Assembly (NCBI GenBank): GCA_040285745.1
Contig: JAUFOR010000001.1
Span: 682,001 to 746,000, forward strand
DNA length: 64,000 nt
Reading direction: 5' to 3'
Origin: Barthelona sp. PCE
Lineage: Eukaryota
Shown here: positions 40,801 through 49,895 of the stretch, in pieces
How the letters are laid out: each line of letters begins with the position of its first letter
How positions within the stretch are numbered: position 1 is the first letter of the stretch
The notes under the pieces: generated by a model
What the model saw: the letters and a program-made list of their open reading frames with translations, nothing else
Told to the model about the DNA's origin: nothing
The model's database searches: none
Translations under genes and position numbers: made by a program

Positions 40801-41727
40801 AACAACTTGATGCGATTTAATCAAATCCTCTTTCTTCTCCTTCTGTACCAAATAGCTCTCCACAACATCTGGATCACTGGTCTCCAGCATTACCTTCTCC
40901 TTCTCCAGCTCTTCCTCATATTTACCAATCTTTTCATGATTAGGGCAAAAACGCAGCAGTTCATACGGGAACTCCGCATTATGGAAGTGTGCATAATGGC
41001 GCCACTTACACATGTACAGCCGCACTGAGCCTTTCTTGGTTGTAACTGGTTCAAGGAACTCAGGGTTGTATCTGATACTTTGCTCAACAACATCATCCAA
41101 TACGTCTGCAATTTCGTGTTCAAATGTCCCCTCTTCATACTCATCCATGTATGGCTCAAGTACAGTACTGAATACGGGTACATCGTAATCGTCAACATCA
41201 CGGTGACCCAACACACGTTCGATGTTATACTGCTGCAATAAATCAACACCACGTTCACGTTCTTCCTGATCTTTCTTGATCTTAGCCTCTTCCTCCAGAC
41301 GGTTGATGTCATCAAAAAAGGCATCAATGTCCTGCTGATGCTGAATCGCGGAACTGTTTCGAGTTCGATCACGATTCCTCAATGAGATATTTGTTGTGGC
41401 TTTCTTGCGACGGCGACGACCACGACGGGGCGGCTCGTCCTCAAAACGGTACTCAGGATCGGAATCTTCTTCTTCTTTGGTATCATCAAACAAAAATGCA
41501 AATTCATCACCATAACCAATCTTCTTACGTCTTGTACGACGTCCAGATGCTGATTCGTCCTCAAAAGTTACATCTTCAGGCACTGTAGTTACCTTCTGTT
41601 GTCTACGACGAGTTCTCTGCACTTTTGTCGCTGGTTCAGCAGCAAAATACAAGTTCTTTGTTAAATTCGTCGCCTTCCGCGATTTGTACGTTGTGTCTGG
41701 TCCCTCATTCGCTGTAAAACCTTGCAT
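37858..41727 (-). CDS. CHD1/2-like chromodomain SNF2 chromatin remodeller
   Basis: Tandem chromodomains (YMCKWRHYAHFHN; VERVL..ILWRGLDYSHATFE), LADEPGLGKT, DEAH, TGTPLQN, SDWNPQNDIQA.SRAHRIGQ, SLIDE-like WTPEHD..GIIKHGY..W. Confidence 0.9.
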   Translation of the reverse strand: MQGFTANEGPDTTYKSRKATNLTKNLYFAAEPATKVQRTRRRQQKVTTVPEDVTFEDESASGRRTRRKKIGYGDEFAFLFDDTKEEEDSDPEYRFEDEPPRRGRRRRKKATTNISLRNRDRTRNSSAIQHQQDIDAFFDDINRLEEEAKIKKDQEERERGVDLLQQYNIERVLGHRDVDDYDVPVFSTVLEPYMDEYEEGTFEHEIADVLDDVVEQSIRYNPEFLEPVTTKKGSVRLYMCKWRHYAHFHNAEFPYELLRFCPNHEKIGKYEEELEKEKVMLETSDPDVVESYLVQKEKKEDLIKSHQVVERVLSHDPVSGTVVILWRGLDYSHATFEVENIPAINFVKEYNKYYSRINNPPKALRVAKDIREIILSQHSICQQTYPHLKDRNLLLRDYQQVGVDFLLRSHMQNRNVILADEPGLGKTIQTTMYLQILKDACNVRGPHIIIVPLVTLLNWKEELERWGRDFDIVVYQGQKRELIRQYEVYKNKQNYNHPSFEIMLTTYEYFKKDHKDLFPPRWKYHHIIIDEAHVLKSKDSQLFNIMKDFRGSYLNVLLLTGTPLQNNLEELYNLLYIVKYDHQRYNFNRFYKKFPIDDFKSANIEVVQNLKNELKTYILQRRKKQVEKSLPTKNEKILSVPLTMEQKRIYLSVVYQNYGELSKVTTKRPSLVSIMARLKSICNHSFLINNHTEDLGAETDFQVLLRHSGKLKLLDDLLNRLKAEGRRVLLFSQMIRMIHLLQVFCRYKNYAYQTITGGVKGRARQDAIDAFNAPNSTDFIFLITTKAGGVGINLHTADTVIIYDSDWNPQNDIQALSRAHRIGQKKQVSVFRLVSKDTVEEQVLMRAKSKLVLEHLVMQTKEDMFTTNEIRDVMKLGTVNLFEKDDSDAIDVDHILATATEETNDEDNSAKADLFNSFSVVDVNLEDKDFYDKYVPDEFKVEHIQDELTVDGLNYVVPVQHRRKRSVNYDSILRAFRFFPSFDRIQDIANNAKFFDTAAITQFLSKFLTYCESKLEDSEFLFKEGVKMAKHNHKQLVKDFQAADIIRRFYYYNSLSHYVSDGVVELPKEFPKYSASTDWTPEHDEYIMAGIIKHGYSMWANILKDPEYSFPDDIASPQIGRRAVYIMRDIYRLEYKNGLAMILFETDYGGDEMESVESDSEIEDDGILTYDQKIAVMERNISDRKRIMKKKALPDYIQEILEKDELSRKDLTKLFRSELKQIDLLNNNAVVKHLATHIEYLVESDIHHQHFSTLWEFVSKRGSRDFDEMLEIAYGSDVISTEISAKHEE

Positions 41728-41832
41728 CACGAAAATGCAAAGAGAAATAGAAATGTTAAAACACTTTCAACACTCTCATGGAACGTTAAAAGGTAAGCTT
41801 GTCCACGTTAAGTTGCAAATGTTACTTTATTA

Positions 41833-42654
41833 TTAGATTCTGTAAACCTTTAAAAATTGATTCAGTGGTGTCTTACAATACGAACAGCAGAACATACCAA
41901 TAGTCTTTGCATTTATCTCTAGACACTTCGAACATATAAAGAAATGCCCGCAATCAAGACTAAGCACATTGCTCCTGTGCAGTCCACAAAATGTGCACTT
42001 CTCTGTACTATTAACATTGTTTATGTCTGGAGATGGGGTGTCTGCTGCGCTGAGCAGAGCGTTTTCTGTCCTGCGAAGAATTCGACGTTTTCTAAAAAAG
42101 CCCACAATACGGTAGAACAAAAAAATACAATATAAAAAGAAATCTTTGATCTGAGAGTCCGGCACTGGTACAACTCCCATATCATGACATATATATCTAT
42201 AGAAACTGACCGATACAATAACAACTAAAAATTCAAACATCAAAAAAGAAACCCCTAAACTCAACCTTAGTCTCTGTGTGTCGCTGAAGGGCTCACCAAT
42301 CAACATAAAAGTGGTAAACAATGCTGCAAATATGACCAAAGACTCAGAAAGACTGAGGATACTGTACACCCCCAACATTTTAACATTTAACCTTAAAGAC
42401 CCAACTATCCCAACCAATGCAAGTGATATGATAGGTAGACTAAAAAGAAACGAGTATTTAGAGCTTGCAAGGAATGTTAGAGCAACAATAATTTCAACTA
42501 AACAAATAGTAAGCATGTGACCCTGCAGCTCGGCAATTTCGATAGCATTTCTATCCAATTGCATGAAAGAAGCCCGTCTGAATATTCGTAAAGGTATGAA
42601 AAGAAGACAACGCGTTAGACCCATAATTATCTTTATTGTTGCGTTCCAATACAT
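41833..42654 (-). CDS. Multi-pass membrane protein with C-terminal C3HC4 RING finger (putative E3 ligase)
   Basis: 4-5 hydrophobic helices; CTFC...CGHFFICSKC...CSYC; start codon uncertain. Confidence 0.75.
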   Translation of the reverse strand: MYWNATIKIIMGLTRCLLFIPLRIFRRASFMQLDRNAIEIAELQGHMLTICLVEIIVALTFLASSKYSFLFSLPIISLALVGIVGSLRLNVKMLGVYSILSLSESLVIFAALFTTFMLIGEPFSDTQRLRLSLGVSFLMFEFLVVIVSVSFYRYICHDMGVVPVPDSQIKDFFLYCIFLFYRIVGFFRKRRILRRTENALLSAADTPSPDINNVNSTEKCTFCGLHRSNVLSLDCGHFFICSKCLEINAKTIGMFCCSYCKTPLNQFLKVYRI

Positions 42655-42980
42655 GTACTATTTTAAATATACTTGAGTGAGCTGGCATATATTAGAAGTA
42701 GTCTCACAAAACAAACCCTGTCCAAAAAAATTATTTTACCTATTATCACTCAGACATTTAATACTTAGAATTACCCTTTCTTATGTGATAAACAAATGCC
42801 TATAGTCATGATATTTAAATAAAACAAAGATAAAGCAAAAGTACCATGTCTTTTTCGCTATGTAAACCTAATATACAAAAATACCTTCTATTTTGGGTAT
42901 GATAACACACATTTATAGACATTTTAGCACCAGAAAAACTAAACCTCCTTCAATTTCTCGATCAAAAAAACTTAGCAATA

Positions 42981-44186
42981 ATGTTTACATCCCTTAACAA
43001 CATCCATAAACCAAAAAGATGGTTCTGTACGCTTACATTCGGGGCTTTAAGCACACCACGAACTTTAGACCATTGGGATAAACTGAAAGCAAAAATCCAA
43101 AATTCTCTGACACATCGCTTTTACTTTCAAACGGACAATTACTACTTCTACCGTCCATTTAGTCATATTAACAAATGTCAAAACGGATTCATGGGAAAAT
43201 TTTTGCAACTCAATGACAAAACCCTTCAGCTTCATATCATTCCATTTCATTATAGTAGCCATCCTTACACCCACGGTTCTAAACATGCTATATGGGCTCC
43301 GAATGGCTTCAACATTCATGTTATAGGGCACTACTCTACCGAGCAAGAAAAAGAATGCATTATCAATGCATATGATGAACAATGGCATTGCAAGCTCAAC
43401 AGACAGCACTTAATACCCCTCAATGAGGGATATTTGATCTTCCAGGGAGCGCAATTGACCAACGTTAGCAAACATGAACTGATATCTACATTCAACATAC
43501 TACCCCGTATTCAACACGATGACGCTGTCAAGATTTTCCAGGAAGTTCTGTCCACGATCATTGATGACCACCGCTTCAGCAACGAAAAGGACATTGAAGT
43601 GATTCCTCACATTCATATTGGAGTGTTTAATACCGTAAAAGGTGTACATATATCTTTTGAGAAAAGGAAGCTTCATATCACGTCAAGTTCCTTACTTCCC
43701 ACACGTGCTCCTGTGAAACAAGTTGCTATAAAACAGAAAAAAACTGTTATACCTGGGAATTTAAAAAAAATCCCTCCGCCAAATCAAAAAATTTCTCTTT
43801 TTTCAACAAGAAATGCAACTCCACCACGTATGAAGAAGACTGTGCAACCTTCAGAAGTGGAATCTCCACAAATAACACCAAAGACTAAGAAGAAAACACC
43901 TCCACTATACCAAAAAATAGCTGTGACCAGAAAGAAACCTATCATTAAAAAGGTTATAGCTAAGAAACCTGTTACAAAGAGGCATGTTGTGAAACCCCTG
44001 AAACCAACTACATTTTCAGATAATGTTCCTAATGAAATTGAGATAAAAAAAAGAAAACATTCGGCTGAAAGTATTATGAAAAGCTATACTGCTAAAAGAA
44101 ACCTGCGCACCAAGCAGCAAAAGCATGTATCTTTCAATATGGATCTGATCATGGAGCCTGAAGATATTCATATCGATAGTGACTAA
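42981..44186 (+). CDS. Hypothetical protein with Lys/Pro-rich C-terminal half
   Basis: 401-codon ORF; KHVSF near the C-terminus fits an RVxF-like motif. Confidence 0.7.
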   Translation: MFTSLNNIHKPKRWFCTLTFGALSTPRTLDHWDKLKAKIQNSLTHRFYFQTDNYYFYRPFSHINKCQNGFMGKFLQLNDKTLQLHIIPFHYSSHPYTHGSKHAIWAPNGFNIHVIGHYSTEQEKECIINAYDEQWHCKLNRQHLIPLNEGYLIFQGAQLTNVSKHELISTFNILPRIQHDDAVKIFQEVLSTIIDDHRFSNEKDIEVIPHIHIGVFNTVKGVHISFEKRKLHITSSSLLPTRAPVKQVAIKQKKTVIPGNLKKIPPPNQKISLFSTRNATPPRMKKTVQPSEVESPQITPKTKKKTPPLYQKIAVTRKKPIIKKVIAKKPVTKRHVVKPLKPTTFSDNVPNEIEIKKRKHSAESIMKSYTAKRNLRTKQQKHVSFNMDLIMEPEDIHIDSD

Positions 44187-44509
44187 ACTTGTAATACAAT
44201 GCACTGTGGATCACTAACTGTGGATTTGGGCAGCGGCTGAATGACAATTATCTTCTTTTGAACGTAAGTTGCAATGCGTTTAGCTGGTGCAATAAGTGTA
44301 AGATAATCAAAGTGCTTCTGTTGGCTTGAGAGAGTAAAAACCATGTACTTGGAATGCACATGTCTCTGAGACGGTTTGTAAATTACAAAATCGCACCCAA
44401 ACTTCATACCCGATCCCACAATCCAATTAAACTGTTTAAGATAATGGAATACAACCAATTGATGTTGATCAAGACATTGAGTATCAACCTCAACTATGGA
44501 CTTACTCAT
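44183..44509 (-). CDS. tRNA-splicing endonuclease catalytic subunit (SEN2/SEN34-like), catalytic domain only
   Basis: VFHYLKQFNWIVGSGMKFGCDFVIY...HSKYMV...RIATYVQKK containing the Tyr/His/Lys triad. Confidence 0.85.
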   Translation of the reverse strand: MSKSIVEVDTQCLDQHQLVVFHYLKQFNWIVGSGMKFGCDFVIYKPSQRHVHSKYMVFTLSSQQKHFDYLTLIAPAKRIATYVQKKIIVIQPLPKSTVSDPQCIVLQV

Positions 44510-44588
44510 ATAAAAAGCCCCACAATGCAAAAAAAAAGAACGAAAAAGTGAATACAGATATCTCCCCTCTCTCACACATTGAACCAAT

Positions 44589-47500
44589 ATGGCCCCAGCA
44601 GATGGCTTTGTGGTTCCGGGTTGTGTCCTAGAATCCTTCAGACACTCGTCAAAAAACGGGACATTCGCTAATCGGGCTATTGATTACTCTCCTTCAGGGG
44701 TTATAGCATATGCTTCAGGCTCTTTAGTTGTTATCCGCGACACGTTGACGGATCAGACAATACAGGTTCTCGATCAACATAAGCACACTGTTATTTCGAT
44801 TAAATTTACTCCCTACCCATCAATCCCAGAAGAAGAGAACGATAATACGTTTATTCTTGCAAGCATGGACCAATCTGGCCATCTGATCATCTGGAATATT
44901 GCAGCAGGTAGCATAGCATACGAGTATCATGATAACATGTCAAATTTTTCATTGATCAAGAAGTCCATGGGATTATCCAACTTCAGCAGCATTGTGGACT
45001 TTGAGTGGGTGTATTATCCATGTGGCGAAGGTTCAGATCGTTTCATATTATTGTTGAGTCAAGAACCTGCAGCTATGAAACTAATTAATATCACGACAGA
45101 AGTGGAGTTGTGGCACTGTACGCTACCTTCACCACCTCTGAGGGCCCTGCTTTGTACCAACCAACTTAACTCTCAGTTGACGATTGTGTGCTATAACGGA
45201 ACAATTATTAGCATTCCGAATTTTAGTCCTTTGATGAAGCCTGACAAGCACCATTTTGAGGACAACGTTCGTATACAGCACACCTGTAATGATAAAGATC
45301 CAATGTGTGATTTATTAGGTAAGAACGCTGGTATTAGGGATTGTTTCATGACAAACAGGAATGTGGATCTTTTGTTCCTTATGTTCGAGACTGATATCTA
45401 TCTCATAGACCTTACAATTAAGCAAAAGGTGTATTCTTTTTCTATGAAAAAAAATGCTATGTTTCAAAAATTTTTAGTTTCTTCACATGGACTTTTGGGT
45501 GGTAATTTACTACCTCTATTGCATGACAACGGTAGTGCATCGGTTCTCCGTATCTCAAACATCTTGAAAACTCCAAAGTTTTTGTTTCAACACTCCATTC
45601 TTGATGGTATTATTGTGAATCATTCCCTCAAACATGATTCGTACATTTTCCACGCTGTCGTGCACCCTTTGTCGTCCATTGTTGCTGAAGCGCCCATATT
45701 TGATCAATCTCTCACGTTTATTACAAACAATCATCGCGTTGGAAAATTTGAGATTAATTTAACTGGAAAAACATTTAATATGGTGTATTGCAGCAGCTAT
45801 GCGGCCGTTCTCCCTATCTGTTCGAGTATAATACCACCCACAAAGGGATTTGGAGAGCGTATCATCCTTGGAAATCTTAACAATGAGTTAATCGTGATGG
45901 ACATCAAACACAGAGCACTGTTGCGCAGGTTCTTGCTCCCGATCAAGGGTGCTAATGTTGTTGCTATTACAAATATCAGTGATCCAAGTATTTTCATCAT
46001 ATGCAAAGACTCCAATTCCGGAGATGTCTGCTCTTGTGGTTTGTTTAACATTGATAGTGGTGCTTATTTGGATTATTTCCCAAAGATGAAGCTATCAATG
46101 ACTTGTGATTTGATCCATGTCTCGGATAACGGTAAGTATATAGCAGTCTCAAAGTATACTTATCCGTTACACATATTCCGCGTCACGGATGACGGGAATG
46201 TCCGGCTTGTGATGGTTGACAGTGGACTCACGCAGCTCACAAGCATGCTTTGGTTCAGAGAAAGATTGGTCGCCGTTTCAATGGATGGATCGTTTCGATT
46301 CTTTGACATGGCAACGTTTTTCAATGAACCTGGTACACATAGCGAGGTTGTGTCATCGAAGGACGAGACTATTCGCGTATCTGTCCCGCCTCTTAACATT
46401 GGTTATTCTGCTGGTGTTATTGGATGTGTGCATCAACTTGATTCATTCCTTCTTTGTGGAGATGCACTTGGTAAGGTCCACTTTTTTGACCTCGTGAACA
46501 AGACAAGTGCAAGCTTCCAGATTGCAAACAACACAATAATTCGAAAGGTAGCTATCCACTCGGTGTTTACCAATATCGGGTATGCGTTGACCAAATCAGG
46601 CCACATCATTTTAATTGACTTTAAGACCTTTGCGTTAACCAATCAACCGTTATGGGTAACTCCGAAACATTGGCGTGTTGTTGAAGCTCATTGGATTGAT
46701 GAAAAGGGTATAGCATGCATCAGTGCCGAAGGTATTACCCGTGTTCTTTCCAGCTTTACAATGCCCTCGCATTTCAGAATTGCGCGCCAACATCTAGTCA
46801 GGCCTGTTGGAACGCCTGTTGTGCTCACAAGAAGAGAGAGATCTCGTTTATTCAGTGTTCTGATGAATATCAATCTTGAGGACCTGCCCTCCCCGAAGCA
46901 ACTACATGGATTACCCAAGCTCTTTCCCAGCGTCTTCCAAGGTAGTATCTCGGAGACTCAGTTACCGGGTACACAGAACCATGATCTTATATCGATGAAA
47001 CTTGTTAAAAAAGTTGCTACTCTTGACATGAAAGAGCGTATCATATATCTGGCCGGACTTTTCAACGAGTTGGGAATCCTTTCTTTGTGTTTGGCATGTT
47101 CCCATAAGAATGTAGCAGTGAATATTCACAGAAGCAGGCAATCTCATATTGTAATTCCCCCAATTGATACAGCAACCAGCCCAGTCGAGGCGATCAATAC
47201 GTCGCTGACAGATCAGGGCATGATTAGTGGAATTGAACTGCAGGAAAATCATGTGACGATTCCGCTTAACTCAGCTTTATCCCCTCATATTTCAACTATA
47301 TATGATTCACTCCTCCCGTCGCGTACATCATCCCCGGTGTCTGAGGAGGATGAAGTCGACAGAATGTCATTATATGTGGATCCCGAGCTTGTAGCGCAGA
47401 ACGAACTTGATTTTAGTGATTTTGCAAACGAAAAAGCTGAAAAGACACCAAGTAAGCTTCAAGATCCCGTGTTTGGACAGGTTTCTTTGCTTAGGAATAT

Positions 47501-48317
47501 GTTAGTGGGAAGATTTGAGTTAGTAATAGCGCAGCTAACCGAGAATCCTAATCCACAAACATTTTTCAGTGATTGTGCCATTGCCCTTCTCATTTCCAAC
47601 TCGCACTTCACCGCAAATAAGTGTGATAAACTTATTCGCTCTCTGTGTGATAAACTGCATGAACTGAATTATAGCTACGTTGATATCCTTACTCTTATGC
47701 TCGCCACAAACAATATTAAACGGGCAGTTGACTATCTCACACAGGAAAAGCAGTTTGAACTTGCTCTTAGAGCGGCTGCATCACATAAGTATAACCTGAA
47801 TAAGCCTAATATGTTGATTCCAGGAATATACAAGGAATGGGCAGCACATCTGCTGTTGCAGAACAGAATACAGAATGCAGCACTTTGTCTTGTTCTGGCA
47901 GGTATGTTCCCTGAAGCTTTACGCGTCTTATTAGACTTTAACCAAGAACGAGTTGCTTATTACATGCTACATTATGTTCGTGCAACGGAAATTGAGCTCG
48001 ATTACAATGTTTTTGTATCGCCAGTCGCGGACAGTCAGGGAGACGGCATGTGCTCGCTTGAAAACGTATGTGATCGTATCAACCTTGCGTATGGATGTCA
48101 GCTACATCAAGCTGGAATGCGAGACACAGCAATTAAAATCTTCAGCAACGCAGGTGAGCTTGGACAGGGGGCTATTGATTCTGTTTCACCGATAGTCAGT
48201 CCTATGCAATCACCACGTGTTGATGATCATCCTTTTTGGATTGAAAGCAAAGCATCTGAGTTTGAGCGTGAACGAGCCAAGAGTATGGAAACCGTTAAAC
48301 CAGAGGATCTCTTCTGA
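44589..48317 (+). CDS. WDR11: WD-repeat protein 11-like
   Basis: IAYASGSLVVIRD..QTIQVLDQHK..LASMDQSGHLIIWN matches the WDR11 N-terminus; C-terminal helical region WAAHLL..AAL. Confidence 0.8.
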   Translation: MAPADGFVVPGCVLESFRHSSKNGTFANRAIDYSPSGVIAYASGSLVVIRDTLTDQTIQVLDQHKHTVISIKFTPYPSIPEEENDNTFILASMDQSGHLIIWNIAAGSIAYEYHDNMSNFSLIKKSMGLSNFSSIVDFEWVYYPCGEGSDRFILLLSQEPAAMKLINITTEVELWHCTLPSPPLRALLCTNQLNSQLTIVCYNGTIISIPNFSPLMKPDKHHFEDNVRIQHTCNDKDPMCDLLGKNAGIRDCFMTNRNVDLLFLMFETDIYLIDLTIKQKVYSFSMKKNAMFQKFLVSSHGLLGGNLLPLLHDNGSASVLRISNILKTPKFLFQHSILDGIIVNHSLKHDSYIFHAVVHPLSSIVAEAPIFDQSLTFITNNHRVGKFEINLTGKTFNMVYCSSYAAVLPICSSIIPPTKGFGERIILGNLNNELIVMDIKHRALLRRFLLPIKGANVVAITNISDPSIFIICKDSNSGDVCSCGLFNIDSGAYLDYFPKMKLSMTCDLIHVSDNGKYIAVSKYTYPLHIFRVTDDGNVRLVMVDSGLTQLTSMLWFRERLVAVSMDGSFRFFDMATFFNEPGTHSEVVSSKDETIRVSVPPLNIGYSAGVIGCVHQLDSFLLCGDALGKVHFFDLVNKTSASFQIANNTIIRKVAIHSVFTNIGYALTKSGHIILIDFKTFALTNQPLWVTPKHWRVVEAHWIDEKGIACISAEGITRVLSSFTMPSHFRIARQHLVRPVGTPVVLTRRERSRLFSVLMNINLEDLPSPKQLHGLPKLFPSVFQGSISETQLPGTQNHDLISMKLVKKVATLDMKERIIYLAGLFNELGILSLCLACSHKNVAVNIHRSRQSHIVIPPIDTATSPVEAINTSLTDQGMISGIELQENHVTIPLNSALSPHISTIYDSLLPSRTSSPVSEEDEVDRMSLYVDPELVAQNELDFSDFANEKAEKTPSKLQDPVFGQVSLLRNMLVGRFELVIAQLTENPNPQTFFSDCAIALLISNSHFTANKCDKLIRSLCDKLHELNYSYVDILTLMLATNNIKRAVDYLTQEKQFELALRAAASHKYNLNKPNMLIPGIYKEWAAHLLLQNRIQNAALCLVLAGMFPEALRVLLDFNQERVAYYMLHYVRATEIELDYNVFVSPVADSQGDGMCSLENVCDRINLAYGCQLHQAGMRDTAIKIFSNAGELGQGAIDSVSPIVSPMQSPRVDDHPFWIESKASEFERERAKSMETVKPEDLF

Positions 48318-48426
48318 TATGAATAAATTAATTAATTTTTATTAACACGGGGATAAGAAATAGCGAATGTCAAAAAAAAAAATCAGCACAATGACAGACA
48401 AACAACAGTACCCCCCAAAAAAAAGC

Positions 48427-48885
48427 TTAATTATAATCAAAGTAGATGTTCATCAAATAGCCTTTTGAACCTAAACCGCACTTCTCATAAAAGCCAACAA
48501 CCTGCTCGGATGCATTAAGCACAACTTTGTAACATTTCAACTCTCTGGCATACTCTTGAAGTCGTTGAACTAAGCAGGCACCAATTCCTTTTCTTCTATA
48601 CTCTCGATCAACAACAACCTCTTCGATGTGAATTACACTTCCGCAGCCGTGGATAAATTTTCTGTCGCAAACTCCAGCTGCAGTTCCGATAACTTGCTCA
48701 GAAATTGTGTCAATTGCAACAAAGACTCTAGAACCTCCATTAACCATCAAATTGAAGCGATTTTCAAATTCTTCTCTGCTAATGTCTCCTACTGTTGTTA
48801 ATTGTTCTAAAACTTGAAGGAATCCTTTATCATAATCGGAAACTTCTAAAGCTCTAATAATAATGTTCTCTGGTAATGTATACAT
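48427..48885 (-). CDS. GNA1: Glucosamine-6-phosphate N-acetyltransferase
   Basis: IRALEVSDYDKGFLQVLEQLTTVG, KFIHGCG, HIEEVVV..RRKGIG, CYKVVL, FYEKCG. Confidence 0.93.
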   Translation of the reverse strand: MYTLPENIIIRALEVSDYDKGFLQVLEQLTTVGDISREEFENRFNLMVNGGSRVFVAIDTISEQVIGTAAGVCDRKFIHGCGSVIHIEEVVVDREYRRKGIGACLVQRLQEYARELKCYKVVLNASEQVVGFYEKCGLGSKGYLMNIYFDYN

Positions 48886-49895
48886 TTTAATATCGTTTTC
48901 AAAATAACTTTTGTGAAAGTAAAAGCAAATAAGGTGATAAAAGGAATATGTGTTTGTTTTGGTTGAGTAGCCTTCCTATAACTCAGATATTGTGTAACTT
49001 TAACCTAAAGTTATCGCATCACTTGAAAAAAAGCTGTTTCTTATTCAAAATCCCTTGATATTTTTGGATGAAAAAACTATGTCGATTTACAAGTATTCTA
49101 ACAGTTTAACAGCACTTTATCAGCTATAGTAGACCCAGTAAGAGTTAAAAATGTTAGTTTTAGTTTTTGAAACTAGAGCTACAAGTTTTATCGTGTTTAT
49201 TAACCTTAAAATCACGATCATTCTGGCTAAATAGGGTTTATTTTTCGCACTAACCACGTACGAATATTATTTCAACTATAAAATTGGAGGGCATACTTTT
49301 TTTGTAGATTTATTGGCATTTTTTACAAAGAAATAACACATCATTAAAATTTTGGGCTTATAAACCCGTTTTAACCCACTTAACCTGGCATTTTAAAAAA
49401 ATAAACATGTTTAGTGTAAAAAAAATATTATTTTTCCAAAACGACTTGAACCACTTGATAAATGTAAAATTCAAGTATTTACGTTCTAAACAATGGACAG
49501 TCCACTGGAAAAATTGTATCAACTGCTTATCAATCAATGTTGAAAGCGGTAAAAAAAAATATTCTAACTTTTTGCCGAATACAATTATCTTACACACTTG
49601 TTATTCTCCCTAATAGCCTTCAACTAGCATATGCTCGCTGGATACGCATATGATATTTGGAATATCAACAAATCACAAACAAATAAATATTACAACCAAA
49701 AAACAGTTATGAATCCTCAAATTGAACTTGTTCCAAACATAAAAGAGTATATTTAGCACAATACTTTGAATATCATGTTCAACACATATTACTACAACAA
49801 TATTTCAAAATCTTTTCGGAAGGTGTAAATTTCATAACATTTACCCTTAAATGTCTTTCGTAGTTAAGCATCACCCACGACAAATAATAAGAATT

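Noticed and set aside
48886-49895. 1-kb AT-rich gap with short ORFs and small palindromes
   Set aside because: Low-complexity AT-rich sequence; no tRNA, repeat array or credible coding signal found by eye
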